Source: the human T2T-CHM13v2.0 reference genome, Homo sapiens. Taken from it: 64,000 bases of DNA. The notes beneath the pieces are model-generated. The model made no database searches, was not told where the DNA came from, and saw nothing but the letters and a program-made list of their open reading frames with translations. The position numbers and the translations under genes are program-made. The stretch is from the NCBI RefSeq assembly GCF_009914755.1, contig NC_060926.1; one strand, 5' to 3'. The stretch's first letter is position 1; every line of letters starts with the position of its first letter. Below are positions 1 to 16,827 of this stretch, piece after piece.

Positions 1-699
1 AGAAGCCATAAGAGAGAAAAACCACAGCTCTGCATTTTAGATCGGTATTTCTCAGACGTCAATAATGTATAACCTCTAGTGTTTATTGAACTTTCTTTAC
101 TGCAATATTACCTAATTATACTTAAAGTTTCAGGCTTATTGATCTTTTACAACCAAGATAATTTAAAATGTTGAAAACCACAAAACTGTAAAAACAAAAT
201 ACAGTCTCAACAATATTTATTTAATGTGGCACATGATATTGTTTGAGGACAGTGAATGGTTATTTTCAATATGAATATAGTTCTGAAGTACATAGCATAG
301 GAATTTTTAAAATTTGTGTAGAACATTGTACCCAGCACAATACACTTAATTATTCCTCAACTTTTCTCTTTGCATACTACTTTTTCCCTCAACTTTTCTC
401 TTTGCATACTACCTTTCTCTTGGCAAAACTATGGCATAAATTTTGCATAGTGGTTGATTTTCATAAGGAAAACATACAACTTTCCCCTACCAAGCGCTCT
501 TCTGGGGCTTTATTGATGTTTCTTGCTTGATTTCTTTTGTCTGAGACAATTAAAATAGTTCTAACTAGCACTTATTCTGGCATAAAAATTGATAATCATA
601 ATCTCCTTTCTCTACCAACCATTCTAGGTTTTCCTTATCGTTAGTCTACTTGCCCTGAAAGTAGTACAGATATGTAAATACCTGAGAGGACCTGCTTAT

Positions 700-1450
700 G
701 GCACTGTTAGTAGACCACAGTTGCTGAAAATTTCCATTTACAGGTACCCATTAGGATGGAAGCACCAAGAAGCATGGGTCTACTCTGCTGGGATTCCTCT
801 GCATTGCAGACATACACCTCTTTGCCCACATTATGTAGCAGCATGATAACCAGAATCAATTTCCCCTGCCAATATAGTCACTCTCTTCTTGTCATGCTGA
901 TCTACTGACAAAAGAATCTTGGTCAGCCTTCACAACTTTAGATATGACAGAAATATTACTATGCTCCAACAGAAGTGCCCCCTCCCTGATAATTGAGCAG
1001 TAGCATGTCTCCATTACAATAAAATCTAAAGTTGTATCGGGAAAGCACAGTCCCACATGAATCATTACGAATTAGAAGGTAACAGGCACTATTTATTCTC
1101 CGTAGTTCACAGGCCTATGCCTACCACTTTTTAGGTACACAGTACCAATTAACGGTCATTGATTCAAAATATAGTTATCATTTTGAAAGAATATTACCAT
1201 CCTTGCAGGGTCATTCTCATTTCAGAAGTCTTAGATAAACCGTTAAGAGGCTATTTGATGTTTAATTAATCTGACAACCATTGGGTGATTCGGTATTTGG
1301 TGGAACCAAACCAATGGACCCCATGCCATTTGTTCATTGCTCTCAATCTTTTATATAAACTGAACACACTGGTGTATAGCAATGTTGTGCAACATTCTAG
1401 CTTTAATAAAGAAGCCATTTCAGCAGCAAATAAGATCCATTTCAAAATGC
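700..1450 (-). mobile_element. Degraded ERVL-class internal fragment (integrase end and dUTPase)
   Basis: The minus strand at ~840-880 translates VTILAGEIDSGYH, resembling the ERVL dUTPase GVIDPDY motif. ~1200-1340 resembles the ERVL integrase core. Many stops and frameshifts; ends approximate. Confidence 0.6.
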
Positions 1451-3334
1451 CGTTGCCAAAATATTAAATATTGAATACTAAGGGAGCAGCCTCATATCAG
1501 TAAACTCTCATATCTAATTATATAGTCTACTACTCCTTATCCAATGACCAGAATTTTCATGGACAAGCTGGTAAGCATTGAGGCCCACTTAAATTATTTT
1601 AAATATATATTTTAGTTAAAAATAAGCAAAAATGTGCACAAATAAATATTCTATCTATGGTCTCACAGTTTTCCAATGGGCTTATGTTTATGTGCATGAT
1701 TTCTAGTAGGTGAGAGTTAACTTGGAATTTTCAGTTCTTTCCAAATGCATTACTGTCCTTATTTCAATGCCCTTCAAAGTTTATCGGCATTTAACTGAAA
1801 TCTGCTAACTGTAGAAAAATAGAAACATATTTTGAAAATAGTCAGATCCCAAATACAAACAGTTATATATTTACACAATCTGATGCTTGCATTTGCAAAA
1901 TATTTAATGAGTTTAAAAGTCAGATTCATTATTTAAACAACTCATGGGACAAATATTGAAAAAGAAGTAACTTTATTTAGTACAATTCCAGAAATATTAT
2001 AAGAAATCTTATTTTAAATCTGATACAAGGGATTCATTTATATCTTGGCATTAGGAAGAGATAAAGAGCAGATGACAGAGAAGGGTGTGTAATTAAAATG
2101 GAGGATGGTGGCTTATCTGAAATACAGACTGCTGAATTTTAATTTCCTTCTGACATATTGAAAAGTTTTGCTGAACTTAAACCTACTTATTGTTGAGCCT
2201 CTACTGGGTGTACATTGATAAAACCTTCTCTTCATGAAGATTTTCTTGACTCTAAGATAGAGATATTGTTTGTGCACTTGAAGGTTTCCACTATGCCCAT
2301 AACTTCTTGTGCTCCATTTTCCTATCTGCCTGTGGAAAACCAAACCCTTTTCTTACAGCTTTGCAATTGTCTTAATGACCTTTATAAGTGTGTTGGCATT
2401 ATCCCTCATTAATATACTCTAAAACCCTAGATTGACCTAAGAACTTATTTCATATAGTAATTGCTAAACAGAAAAGTTTAACTGCTTTCCAAAACAGTAA
2501 TGCAAATGATTCAATAAGGATCTTTCCTAATTACACTCTGGCAATTTGTGTTTTCCAATATTCACTAATTCACATAACCAGTATTACTATGTTACATTGT
2601 AGATACATATCTGTTGGCCACCCTAGCATCATGTAATTTAGTCTTATGAGTTTTATAAAGAAGGAATTGACGGTGAAACAGGTAACCATTTTTCTTGTTA
2701 ACACCTTGACAATTAGTTATTATCTTATTTCATCTAATCTAAGACATGATAGATTTTCAGAGTAACCATTATTTCATGTGTACTATTAAGAAAGAAAACC
2801 TACAGCTAAAATGGGCATTCTTTTATTATAAGATCAACCTAAATTACAGAGACTGTTAAAACGTATTTTGAGAATTTTCATTTTAGCATTATAAAATATG
2901 GTAAATAAAATGCATTCTCCATCCATCAAAAATAGAACTCAGTATTTAATAGTATTTATGAAATTCTGTAGAATATACACCTAATAAATATCAGACAGAC
3001 CTACACTAAAAAGCATTCAAATGTGCATAAAAATGTAACTTATCAAGGACCTATTCTAATTTAATGAGTGAAATAATAAGAGAAATGTGTCAGATATTTT
3101 TCTGCCCTCTTCAGCTTCCAGTGAAATCCCACATTGAAAACTGGCTTACATAAAACCTAAGGCGAATCTACCAGGCTTTCTACAAATGAGTATTATTGCC
3201 AGAAAATTAGGCAGTTCTTCTAAGATGTTTTTCTAGATATTAAAGTTCACAAAGTAGAATATGTGGTTGTAAGTAGCAGTATTACAAGGTCTGCTCAACT
3301 TTCTTCAAGTTGAAATAATAGTACACAATTAATT

Positions 3335-3806
3335 ACTCTCAACAAATGGCATGAGAACAAATGGACACCCATGTGCAAAAAATTGAGCCTAGACACAGAC
3401 CTTCCACCTTTCACAAAAATTAACTCAAAATGAACTATAGACTTAAATGTAAAATGCAAAACTATGAAATACCTAGAAGACAACATAGGAGAAAATCTAG
3501 ATGACCTTGGGATTGGTAATGACTTTTCAGATACCACACCAAAGGCACATCCATGAAAGAAAGGATGAATCAACTTTATCAAAATAAAAATGGTCTGTTC
3601 TGCAAAAGACCCTGTTAAGATAATGAAAAGGAAAGCCATACACAAAAAAATATACAAAATAAAAAAAAATTGAAAAGAGAAAAGAAAAGCCACAGACAGA
3701 AAAATTGTTTCCAAAAGGCATATCTGATAAAGGATTGTTATCAAAAATATACAAAGAACTCTTATGACTCAACAATAAAAAAAACCAACAACCCAATTTA
3801 AAAATG
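3335..3806 (+). mobile_element. Old L1M (L1MC-like) ORF2 3' fragment, 5' part of an interrupted element
   Basis: Typical L1M ORF2 end (acaaaaattaactcaaaatg...ctagaagacaacataggagaaaatc). It stops at cccaatttaaaaatg and resumes at ~10400. Confidence 0.8.
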
Positions 3807-3807
3807 A

Positions 3808-4220
3808 AATCAACCTATGTGTCCACCAATGGATGATTGAATTTAAAAATGTATACCATGGAAAACTATTCAGTCATACAGAAGAATGAAGTTGTTTTTT
3901 GCATCAACATGGACAGAACTGGAGGCCATTACCCTAAGTGAAATTACTCAGAAACAGAAAGTCAAATATCACATGGTTTCACTTGAAAATAGGAACTAAA
4001 CAATGGGTAAACATGGACATACAGAGTGGAAAAATGAACACTGAAGACTTGGGAGGCTTAGAGAGGGAAGATGGTTGAAAAATTACCTATTGGGTACAAT
4101 TTTCACTATTTGAATGATGGGCACACTAAAAGCTTAAGCTTCACCACTATGCAATATATTCATCTAATAAAACTGCACTTGTAACCCCTAAATCTATAAA
4201 AAATTAAAAATTGTAAAAAC
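3808..4220 (+). mobile_element. L1PB/L1MA-type 3' end
   Basis: atcaacctatgtgtcc...aattacctattgggtacaat...ctgcacttgtaacccctaaatctataaaa followed by an A-rich tail. Confidence 0.75.
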
Positions 4221-5234
4221 TGAGAATCCCTCCAAGATGGCCAAATAGGAACAGCTCCAGTCTACAGCTCCCAGCATGAGCAATGCAGAAGACAGGTGAT
4301 TTCTGTATTTCCAACAGAGGTACTGGGGTCGTTTCACTGGGACTTGTTGGACAGTGGGTGCAGCCCATGGAGTGTAAGCTGAAGCAGGGTGGGCATCACC
4401 TCACCCGGGAAGAGCAAGGGGTTGGGGAATTCCCTTTCCTAGCTAAGGGAAGCCATGACAGACGGTACCTGGAAAATTGGGACACTCCCACCCTAATACT
4501 GCACTTTTCCAATGGTCTTAGCAAATGGCACACCAGGAGATTATATCCCACGCCTGGCTCAGAGGGTCCCACACCCATGGACCCTTCCTGACTACTAGCA
4601 CAGCAGTCCGAGATCAAACTGCAAGGTGGCAGCGAGGCTGGGGGAGGGGCATACGCCATTGCTGAGGCTTGAGTAGGTAAACAAAGCGGCTGGGAAGCTC
4701 AAACTGGGTGGAGCCCGCCACAGCTCAACAAGGCCTGCCTGCCTCTGTAGACTCCACCTCTGGGGGCAGGGCATAGCTGAACAAAAGGCAGCAGAAACCT
4801 TTTTAAACATCCCTATCTGACAGCTTTGAAGTGAGTAATGGGTCTCTCAGCACAGAGTTTGAGATCTGAGAATGGACAGACTGCCTCCTCAGGTGGGTCT
4901 CTGACCCCCGAGTAACTGGAAGACAGCTACAAGTAGAGGCCGACTGACATCTCATACAGCCGCATGCCTCTCTAAGACGAAGTTTCTAGAGGAAGGATCA
5001 GGCAGCAATACTTGCTATTCTGCAGCCTCTGCTGGTGATGATACCCAGGCAAACAGGGTCTGGAGTGGACCTCCAGCAAACTCCAACAGACCTGCAGCAG
5101 AGGGTCCTGACTGTTAGAAGGACAACTAACAAACAGAAAGGAATAGCATCAACATAAAAAAAAATGACATCCACACCAAAACCCCATTTGTAGGTCAACA
5201 TCATCAAAGACCAGAGCTAGATAAAACCACAAAG

Positions 5235-6256
5235 ATGGGGAGAAACCAGAGCAGAAAAGCTGAAAATTCTAAAAACCAGAGTGCATCTTCTCCTCCAAAG
5301 GAATGCAGCTCCTCGTCAGCAATGGAACAAAGCTGGACAGAGAATAACTTTGATGAGTTGACGGAAGTAGGCTTCAAAAGATCAGTAATAACAAACTTCT
5401 CCCAGCTAAAGGATGATGTTCTAACCCATTGCAAAGAAGTTAAAACCTTGAAAAAAGATTAGTTGAATGGCTAACTAGAATAAACAGCATAGAGAAGACC
5501 TTAAATGACCTGATGGAGCTGAAAACCATGGTACGAGAAATACGTGACGCATGCACAAGCTTCAGTAGCCAATTCAATCAAGTGGAAGAAAGGGTACCAG
5601 TGACTGAATATCAAACGAATTAAATGAAGCAAGAAGAGTTTAGAGAAAAAAGTGTTAAAAGAAACAAATAAATCCTCCAAGAAATATGGGACTATCTGAA
5701 AAGACCAAATCTATGCCTGATTGGTGTACCTGAAAGTGACGGGGAGAATGGAACGAAGTTGGAAAACACTCTTCAGGATATTATCCAGGAGAACTTCCCC
5801 GACCTAGCAAGGCAGGCCAACATTCAAATTCAGGAAATACAGAGAATGCCACAAAGATACTCCTCAAGAAGAGCAATCCCAAGACACATAATTGTCAGAT
5901 TCACCAAGGCTGAAATGAAGGAAAAAATCTTAAGGGCAGCCAGAGAGAAAAGTCAGGTTACCCACAAAGGGAAGCCCATCAGACTAACAGCAGATTTCTC
6001 AGCAGAAACTCTATAAGCCAGAAGAGATTGGGGGCCAATATTCAACATTCTTAAAGAAAAGAATTTTCAATCCAGAATTTCATATCCAGCCAAACTAAGC
6101 TTCATAAGTGAAGGATAAATAAACTCCTTTACAGACAAGCAAATGCTGAGAGAGTTTGTCACCACCAGGTCTGCCTTACAAGAGCTCCTGAAGGAAGCAC
6201 TAAACATGGAAAGGAACAACTGGTACCAGCGACTGCAAAAACATGCCAAATTGTAA
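5235..6256 (+). pseudogene. L1 ORF1p, disrupted
   Basis: Fragments MGRNQSRKAENSKNQSAS... and ENTLQDIIQENFPDLARQANIQIQEIQR are separated by frameshifts and stops. Confidence 0.92.
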
Positions 6257-6319
6257 AGATCATTGTTGCTAGGAAGAAACTGCATCAACAAATGAGCAAA
6301 ATAACCAGCTAACATCATA

Positions 6320-10143
<3,824 letters not shown>

Positions 10144-10399
10144 ACAGTGAGAACACTTGGGTACAGGGTGGGGAACAACACACACTGGGGCCTGACATGG
10201 GGTGGTGGGAGTGGGGAAGGATAGCATTAGGAGAAATACCTAATGTAAATGATGAGTTAATGGGTGCAGCACACCAACATAGCACATGTATACATATGTA
10301 ACAAACCTGCAAGTTGGGCACATGTAGCCTAGAACTCAAAGTATTAAAAAATAAAATAAAATAAAAATAATAAAGGAAAAAAAAAGAAAAAAGAAAAAC

Positions 10400-11535
10400 A
10401 GACCAAAGTCTTTAATAGACATATAGATAGCAAATAAGAACATAAAAATATTCTCTACATTATATTTAATCAGTGAAACACAAATGAAAACAACAGTGAG
10501 TTACTCACTACACACTTATTGGAATGGCCAAACTCCAGAATCCTGGAACACCCAATGCTGCTAAGGTTGCAGAGTAACAGAAAACCTCACTCATTGCTGT
10601 TGGGAATGGGGGAAAAAAAAAGTACAGCCAGCCACCTCAAAGGACAATTTACTGGTTTCTTATAAAACTAAACATACTCTTACTGTACCTTAACAAGTTG
10701 AAAACTCTGTGTTCACATACAAACCTGCATGTGAATGTTTGCAGCAGCTTTTTTCATAATTACCAGAACTTGGAAGCGATTAAGATATCCTTTAGTAACT
10801 GAATGGATCATTCAGTAACTGCATAGATCATTTATTTTCAGCACTAAATAATATTCCATTGTCTGGATGTGCCAGACATCATATTGCATTGTCTGGATGT
10901 GCCAGACAACGGAATATTATTTAGTGCTGAAAAGAAATGATGTCTGGCACATCCAGACAATGGAATATGATGTCTGGCACATCCGGACAATGGAATATGA
11001 TGTCTGGCACATCCAGAGAAAGGAATATTATTTAGTGCTGTAAATAAATGAGCTATCAAGCCAAGAAAAGATGTGAAGGAAACTGAAGTGGCTATTATTA
11101 AGTGAAAGAAGCCAATCTGAAATAGGCGTATACTGTATGATTCCAACTATATGACATTATGAAAATGTCAAAATTATGGGGACAGAAAGATCATCATTTG
11201 CCAGGGGTTGAAAGGGAGGAAGGGATAAATAGGTGGCACACAAAATATTTATAGGGCACTGAAACTACTCTGGATCATACTACAGTTGTGGATACTTGCC
11301 ATTATACATTTGTCCAAACCCATAAAATGTACAATACCCAGTAACCCCTAATGTAAACTGGGGTCTTTCAGTGATAAAGATGTGTCAGTGCAAGTTCATT
11401 AATTGCAACAACACACCACTCTGGTAATGAAGGAACCTGTGTATGCATAGGGGCAAGAGATATGGGGAATCACTATACCTTCTCAATTTTTCTGTGAACC
11501 TAAAATTGCTCTAAAAAATAAAGTCTAATTAAAAA
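10400..11535 (+). mobile_element. L1MC-like 3' end (continuation of 3335-3806)
   Basis: Resumes at gaccaaag...aatagac and ends ctgtgaacctaaaattgctctaaaaaataaagt. Confidence 0.8.
10823..11056. repeat. Nested inverted and tandem repeat of a hairpin-containing 30-bp unit
   Basis: 10823-10908 is an ~86-bp near reverse complement of 10971-11056. The unit tgtctggcacatccagacaatggaatatga occurs in both orientations. Confidence 0.9.
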
Positions 11536-12249
11536 TATAAATAAACCACCACTAGGGTAACACATTTTGTTTTGTATTCTATAATCAACCATGACAATCT
11601 CCGGACCATGATAATCTCCAGACCATGATAAAAAGCTGTGTTCTAAGAGGATTTAATAAAGTAAGACACCAGAGAACAGTGTGTACATAGTATCACAAAC
11701 AAAATCTTTATTGAATTTCACACAGCATAGAGGAGTATTTCCTTATCCTAAGTAATTCAAAATAAATATTTGACAAGTATTTCTGTACTAATCAGTTATT
11801 GAACTTCTAGTTGTATTTCATGCAACCATTGTTTCTAAGACTTAAAAAGTGTTAGCCAAAGAAGGAACGAATGAGAAAGATGAATTCCAACCATGTTTAA
11901 GTGAATCCCCAAAGTTAATTAAGGTAAAACACCTTATAAAGAATTCCCTGGGTGCCAAGCTGTATAACTATACTTTGGTAAATCAAAAAATTATAATTTT
12001 TCTGTTGTTTGAATTTTTAATGTATATGTTTTATGAAAACAATAGTTATTTTGTTTTTAAATGTCCTTACATTTATATGCTATAATATAATTACTAGCTG
12101 CGTATGCCCATGCTTTCTGTTAATTGTAAGCTCTCTGTGGGAGGGTATTTTGTCTTTTTAATGTAATACTCAAGACACGCAAAATATGTTAACAGATGTG
12201 TAATTTGTCATAATAATTATAACATGAAAAGCCATAAGCACACCAATCA

Positions 12250-15150
12250 TCTTAGGAATATACGTATTCCTACGATAATAAATGCTTGATGCTCCACGTA
12301 TTCTTTCTGACTCTGTATTTCTTCCACCACTAGTGGTACCAACTATCCTCAATTTTATTATTCATGGTTTTGCTGTCATGTTATGGTATTATTCACTCAT
12401 GGATGCTTTCTGATGTGATATATCTTTTTTTTTTTAGCTTTATAAATATCAAGGTTTTTCTCCCCTAACATGCACCTATGCTGTTGCATGTAACTATAGC
12501 TCATTCATATTCCCTATTTTATACAATTCAACTGTTTGAGTCTCCCCAAATTTACTTACCCCATTTTCCTGAATGCCATTTGGTTTGTGTTCAGGGGATC
12601 AATGTTTGTTTGTTTTTCCTATTGTGAACAAGACACACTGCACATTCATGCCAGACCTCCTGCAAACCAGTAAGTTTCTCAAGTGAACACACACACATTC
12701 ACACAAACACAAAGAAATGGATGAACTGTGTTTTATAATGTGTCCACCTTTATGAGTTAATGCTTTTTAAAAGTGAATTATTTATACCTCTACCAGAAGT
12801 ATAAAAGTACATTCAGTCCTCCATATTTTTGCCAACATTTAATATAGCCAGGATTCTTGACTTGTGTTATGTGTTGCTTTGTAACCAATTTGGGGGTATA
12901 AAATGCTATCCTATTGTCGGATTAATTACCATTTTTCTGATCAGTAATGTAATTATGCATTCTTTTATTTCATTCACATTGTTTTTTCTCTTTTGTAAAA
13001 TATCTCCTAATGTATTATGCTTACATCAAGGTTGAATCATTGATTATATATGGGTTTTGAGGCATGGTTTCTTTCAGCAAATTTTTTTGAGATTCATAAA
13101 TTCTTCGGGTAGTTGTAGTTCATTCTTTTTTATTATTGAGTACCATTTGGCTGTATACACTTTATCAGTTTTTCTATTGACAGTTTTTGACTATTATGAA
13201 TAAAGAGGCTCTAAATAGTTGCTTGTAAACAGTCATTGCCTGAACATAGTTTTTTTCTTTAATTTTCCTTGGGCAAATAGCTGAAAGTGAAGTTGTAAGG
13301 TCATATGGTAAGTATGTTTAACACTTACCAAAGCTGTTAGTTTTTCAGTGTCTATATGCAATTTTATATTCTCACTAGAAATGGATGAGTGTTACAGTTT
13401 TGCCAATCCCTACTACCACTTGATATTGTCAGTCTTCTTGATTATAACCATTCCAGTGGATGTGCAGTAGAATTTCATAATGGTGTTGAGTCGCATTTTA
13501 GTGCAACTCATGATGTTTCACATCTTTTCATTTGGTTATCGGTCATTTTTATATCTTCCATGTGAAATATTCCGTTGTTTTTTCCTATTTGGGGAGCCGA
13601 GTACCTTTTCGTAATTTAATTGTGAATGTTTATATATTCTAAATAAAAGCTGTTTTTCAGATATATGTATCATGTTTCACAGCGGGGTTTTTTCCACTTT
13701 GTGGCTTGTAATATATTTTCTTAATAATATTTTTAAACAACATAGGTTTTTGATTCAATAAAACACAATTTATTACTTTTTCTTACATGGCTCATGCTTT
13801 TTCTGTTTTTACTAAAAATATTTGTTTATCCCCAAATTGCAAAAATTTTCCCCATGTTTTCTTCAAGAAATATTATAACTTTAGTTTTTTTAGATTTACG
13901 TTTATACACCACATTTTAAGTTGATATTGTTGTACGTAAGATAAAGGTTCAAGTTCATGTTTGCTAAGTTATGTCTTGTTGCTCTGCATCTAATTTTTTG
14001 GTATTGAAAAAATACGACACATATATTTTCCCATTGACACATCATGGTAGTGTTCGTAAGAATGTTAGTGGACCATATACACTGTGGGTCCATTTCTAGA
14101 TTCTCTTCTGTTTCATTGACCTATGCAAATTTCCCTAGAGTCAGTCTTGGAATCAAATAGTTCAAATATTCAAGTTTTGTTATTCTTTAGCAAAACCCTT
14201 TTGGCTGTTTTAATTCCTCTTGTCAATATAACATATTTAATTATAGTGATAATTTTATGCTAAAGTCAATTGGCATTTTGATTTGAATTTCACTGAAGCT
14301 GTTTATCAATTTGATGAGAACAGATACCGTAGCATTATTGAATCTTCTGATTCCTAAACATGGCATATCTCCATTAATATATATATTATTTAATTTCTCT
14401 CAGGAGTGCAATTATAACACTCATTATTGCTTTTAAATTTTCAATTTCCAATTGTTCATTGTAAAAATATAAAAATATAATTGATTTTTTGTGTATTAAC
14501 CATGTATTCTGTGATCTTGCTAAACTCACATATTAATGTTTAGTGGAATTTTTTGTAGATTGCTTTGGATTTAATATATACACAATTATGGCATCCGACA
14601 ATAAAGACAATATCCTTATTTATATATCTGTATGTTTTATAATTGCTATTATTTATTTTCCTTTCCTTAATTCACTGGTTAGGAATTCTAGCGGAAGTCG
14701 TAAAGTGGCCATTATTGGTTTGTTCTTGATATTAGGAAGAAAATATTCTTTTTCATTATGAAATGTGATGTTAGTATAGGTTTGTTGTATATGTCCTTTC
14801 TCAGATTGAGAAAATAGGTATTTAAATTTTTCAAATTATTTTTCAGCATTCATTAATTGAGTTGGTAGAATGCTGTTTTCCTCTTATATTCTCCCAATAT
14901 AATGAAACATATAAAATGGTTTTCAAAAGTTGCAACAGTATTTTTATTTTGCTTGAAATTTGTTTCACAGTAGGATATATTGACTATATTGGTGAATATT
15001 TCATGTACTGCAGTTGAATATGTATTTTTCAGTAAGTATGTGATACATTCTGTTAGGTTGATTGATAACATCTTATATATTCTTATTGGTGTTCTCTGTG
15101 TGTATTCTATTATTTACTCATCGAATAGTCGATATCTAGAACCATAATTG
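12250..15150 (-). mobile_element. Highly diverged L1M fragments (antisense)
   Basis: T-rich antisense L1 3'UTR/ORF2-like text, e.g. agcattattgaatcttctgattc and gtattctgtgatcttgctaaactcac. Continues at 15592-15925 and 16832-17560. Confidence 0.65.
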
Positions 15151-15166
15151 TGGATTTGTCTTTTTC

Positions 15167-15525
15167 TCTTTTTTTTTTTTTTTTTAATTATACTTTAAGT
15201 TTTAGGGTACATGTGCACGTTGTGCAGGTTAGTTACATATGTATACATGTGCCATGCTGGTGCGCTGCACCCACTAACTCGTCATCTAGCATTAGGTATA
15301 TCTCCCAATGCTATCCCTCCCCCTTCCCCCCTCCCCACCACAGTCCCCAGAGTGTGATATTCCCCTTCCTGTGTCCATGTGATCTCATTGTTCAATTCCC
15401 ACCTATGAGTGAGAATATGCGGTGTTTGGTTTTTTGTTCTTGCGATAGTTTACTGAGAATGATGGTTTCCAATTTCATCCATGTCCCTACAAAGGACATG
15501 AACTCATCATTTTTTATGGCTGCAT
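15167..15525 (-). mobile_element. Young 5'-truncated L1 (L1PA2/early non-Ta L1HS-like) 3' end
   Basis: Poly(T) followed by a near-consensus 3'UTR with the GAG diagnostic (cccactaactcgtcatctagc). 15-bp TSD ggatttgtctttttc at 15152-15166 and 15577-15591. Confidence 0.93.
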
Positions 15526-15577
15526 CGTTTTTTCACTGACCCGGTGAGGCGGGGGGGTGAGCCCCGAGGGGCTCTCG
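15524..15577 (+). pseudogene. 28S (LSU) rRNA fragment, ~54 bp, inverted relative to the adjoining L1
   Basis: atcgttttttcactgacccggtgaggcgggggggtgagccccgaggggctctcg matches recalled human 28S (...CTCTGATCGTTTTTTCACTGACCCGGTGAGGCGGGGGGGCGAGCCCCGAGGGGCTCTCGCTTC...) with one C>T at a CpG. Confidence 0.88.
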
Positions 15578-15925
15578 GATTTGTCTTTTTCACCCACCAG
15601 TTTGATGTGTGGTTTGTTATATACATCAAAGCTCTGATTTAGATCTTTCACATATACCTTCTTAACAAGTTTACTGCTTTATTATTATAAACCGTTACGT
15701 TTTATGCTTGGTAATATTCTGTCTTCTGAGGTCTATTTTGTTAATATTGTAGAGTCAAATCAGTTTTCTTAATATTAGTGTTTGCATGGTGCATATTTTG
15801 CCATTGTTTTACTTTGTCATATTTTTATCTTTAAAGTGAGTTTCTTGCAGAGAATACTTAAGGCTCTTTTATTTTTTATTCATTCTAATCTGAATCTCTG
15901 ACATTTGATTGAAATTTTAGACTAT

Positions 15926-16827
15926 TGTCAATGAAAAATAGTCAAACTTTGTAAAATATTTTATAAGGTCTATTCTAAGCCAAATCTGAGCGGCCAAGGC
16001 CCAAGACAACAGTCTCAAGAGGTCCTAAGAACACATGCCCAATGTGGTTGGGCTACAGCTTATTTTTATACTTTTAGGGATCAAAAGTTATAGGCAGATA
16101 TCAATCAATACATGTAAGGCATACATTCGTTTGGTCTGGAAAGGCAGGACATCTTGGAGCAGGGGCTTCCAGGTCATAGGTGTATTTAAAGATTTTCTGA
16201 TTGGAAATTGGTGTAAGAATTAAGTTATTATCTAAAGACCTGGAATTAATAAAAAGCAATGTCTGGGTTAAGGTAAGGGACTGCAGAGGCCAAGATTCTT
16301 ATTATGCAGATGAAATCTCCAGGTAGTAGGTTTCAGAGAAAAGAGTTGGTAAATGTCTCTTATCAGACCTAAAAAGGTATCAGATTCTTAAATTTCTCTT
16401 GGATTAAGAAAAGACCAGGAAAAGGAAAAAGACTCTCTATTGAATGTAGATTTTTCCCCACAAGAGACAGCTTTGCAGGACCATTTCAAAACACATCAAG
16501 GAAATATATTTTGAGGTAAAATATTTTGGTTTCTTTCAGGGCCTACTATCTGTCATGCAATGCTATACTACTGTCAGGTTGAAATTTGGTATTTTATTGC
16601 TACACACAGTCTGTTTTGACATTCTTAGGATCTCTGTTTTAATGTCAATGCTGGTGAGTTATGCCTGAATTCCAAAAGGAGGATAGTATAATGAGGCATG
16701 TCTGACCCTTCCTTCCTTCCCATCATGGTCTGGAGTAAGTTTTCAGGTTTTCTTTGGAATCCCCTTGGCCAAAAGGTGGGGACATTCAATCAATTGGGAG
16801 TGTTTGAAATTTTATTTTTTATTTATA
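15926..16827 (-). mobile_element. MER4-family (MER4D-like) ERV1 solo LTR
   Basis: Starts tgtcaatgaaaaatagtcaaactttgtaaaatatt; ~900 bp; 4-bp TSD ctat at 15922-15925 and 16828-16831. Confidence 0.85.

Noticed and set aside
10860-11020. CRISPR-like palindromic ~30-bp repeats
   Set aside because: There are no unique spacers, orientations are mixed, no cas genes are present, and the sequence derives from an L1 3' end.
11588-11630. 18-bp tandem repeat accatga(c/t)aatctcc(g/a)g
   Set aside because: About 2.5 copies; ordinary slippage.
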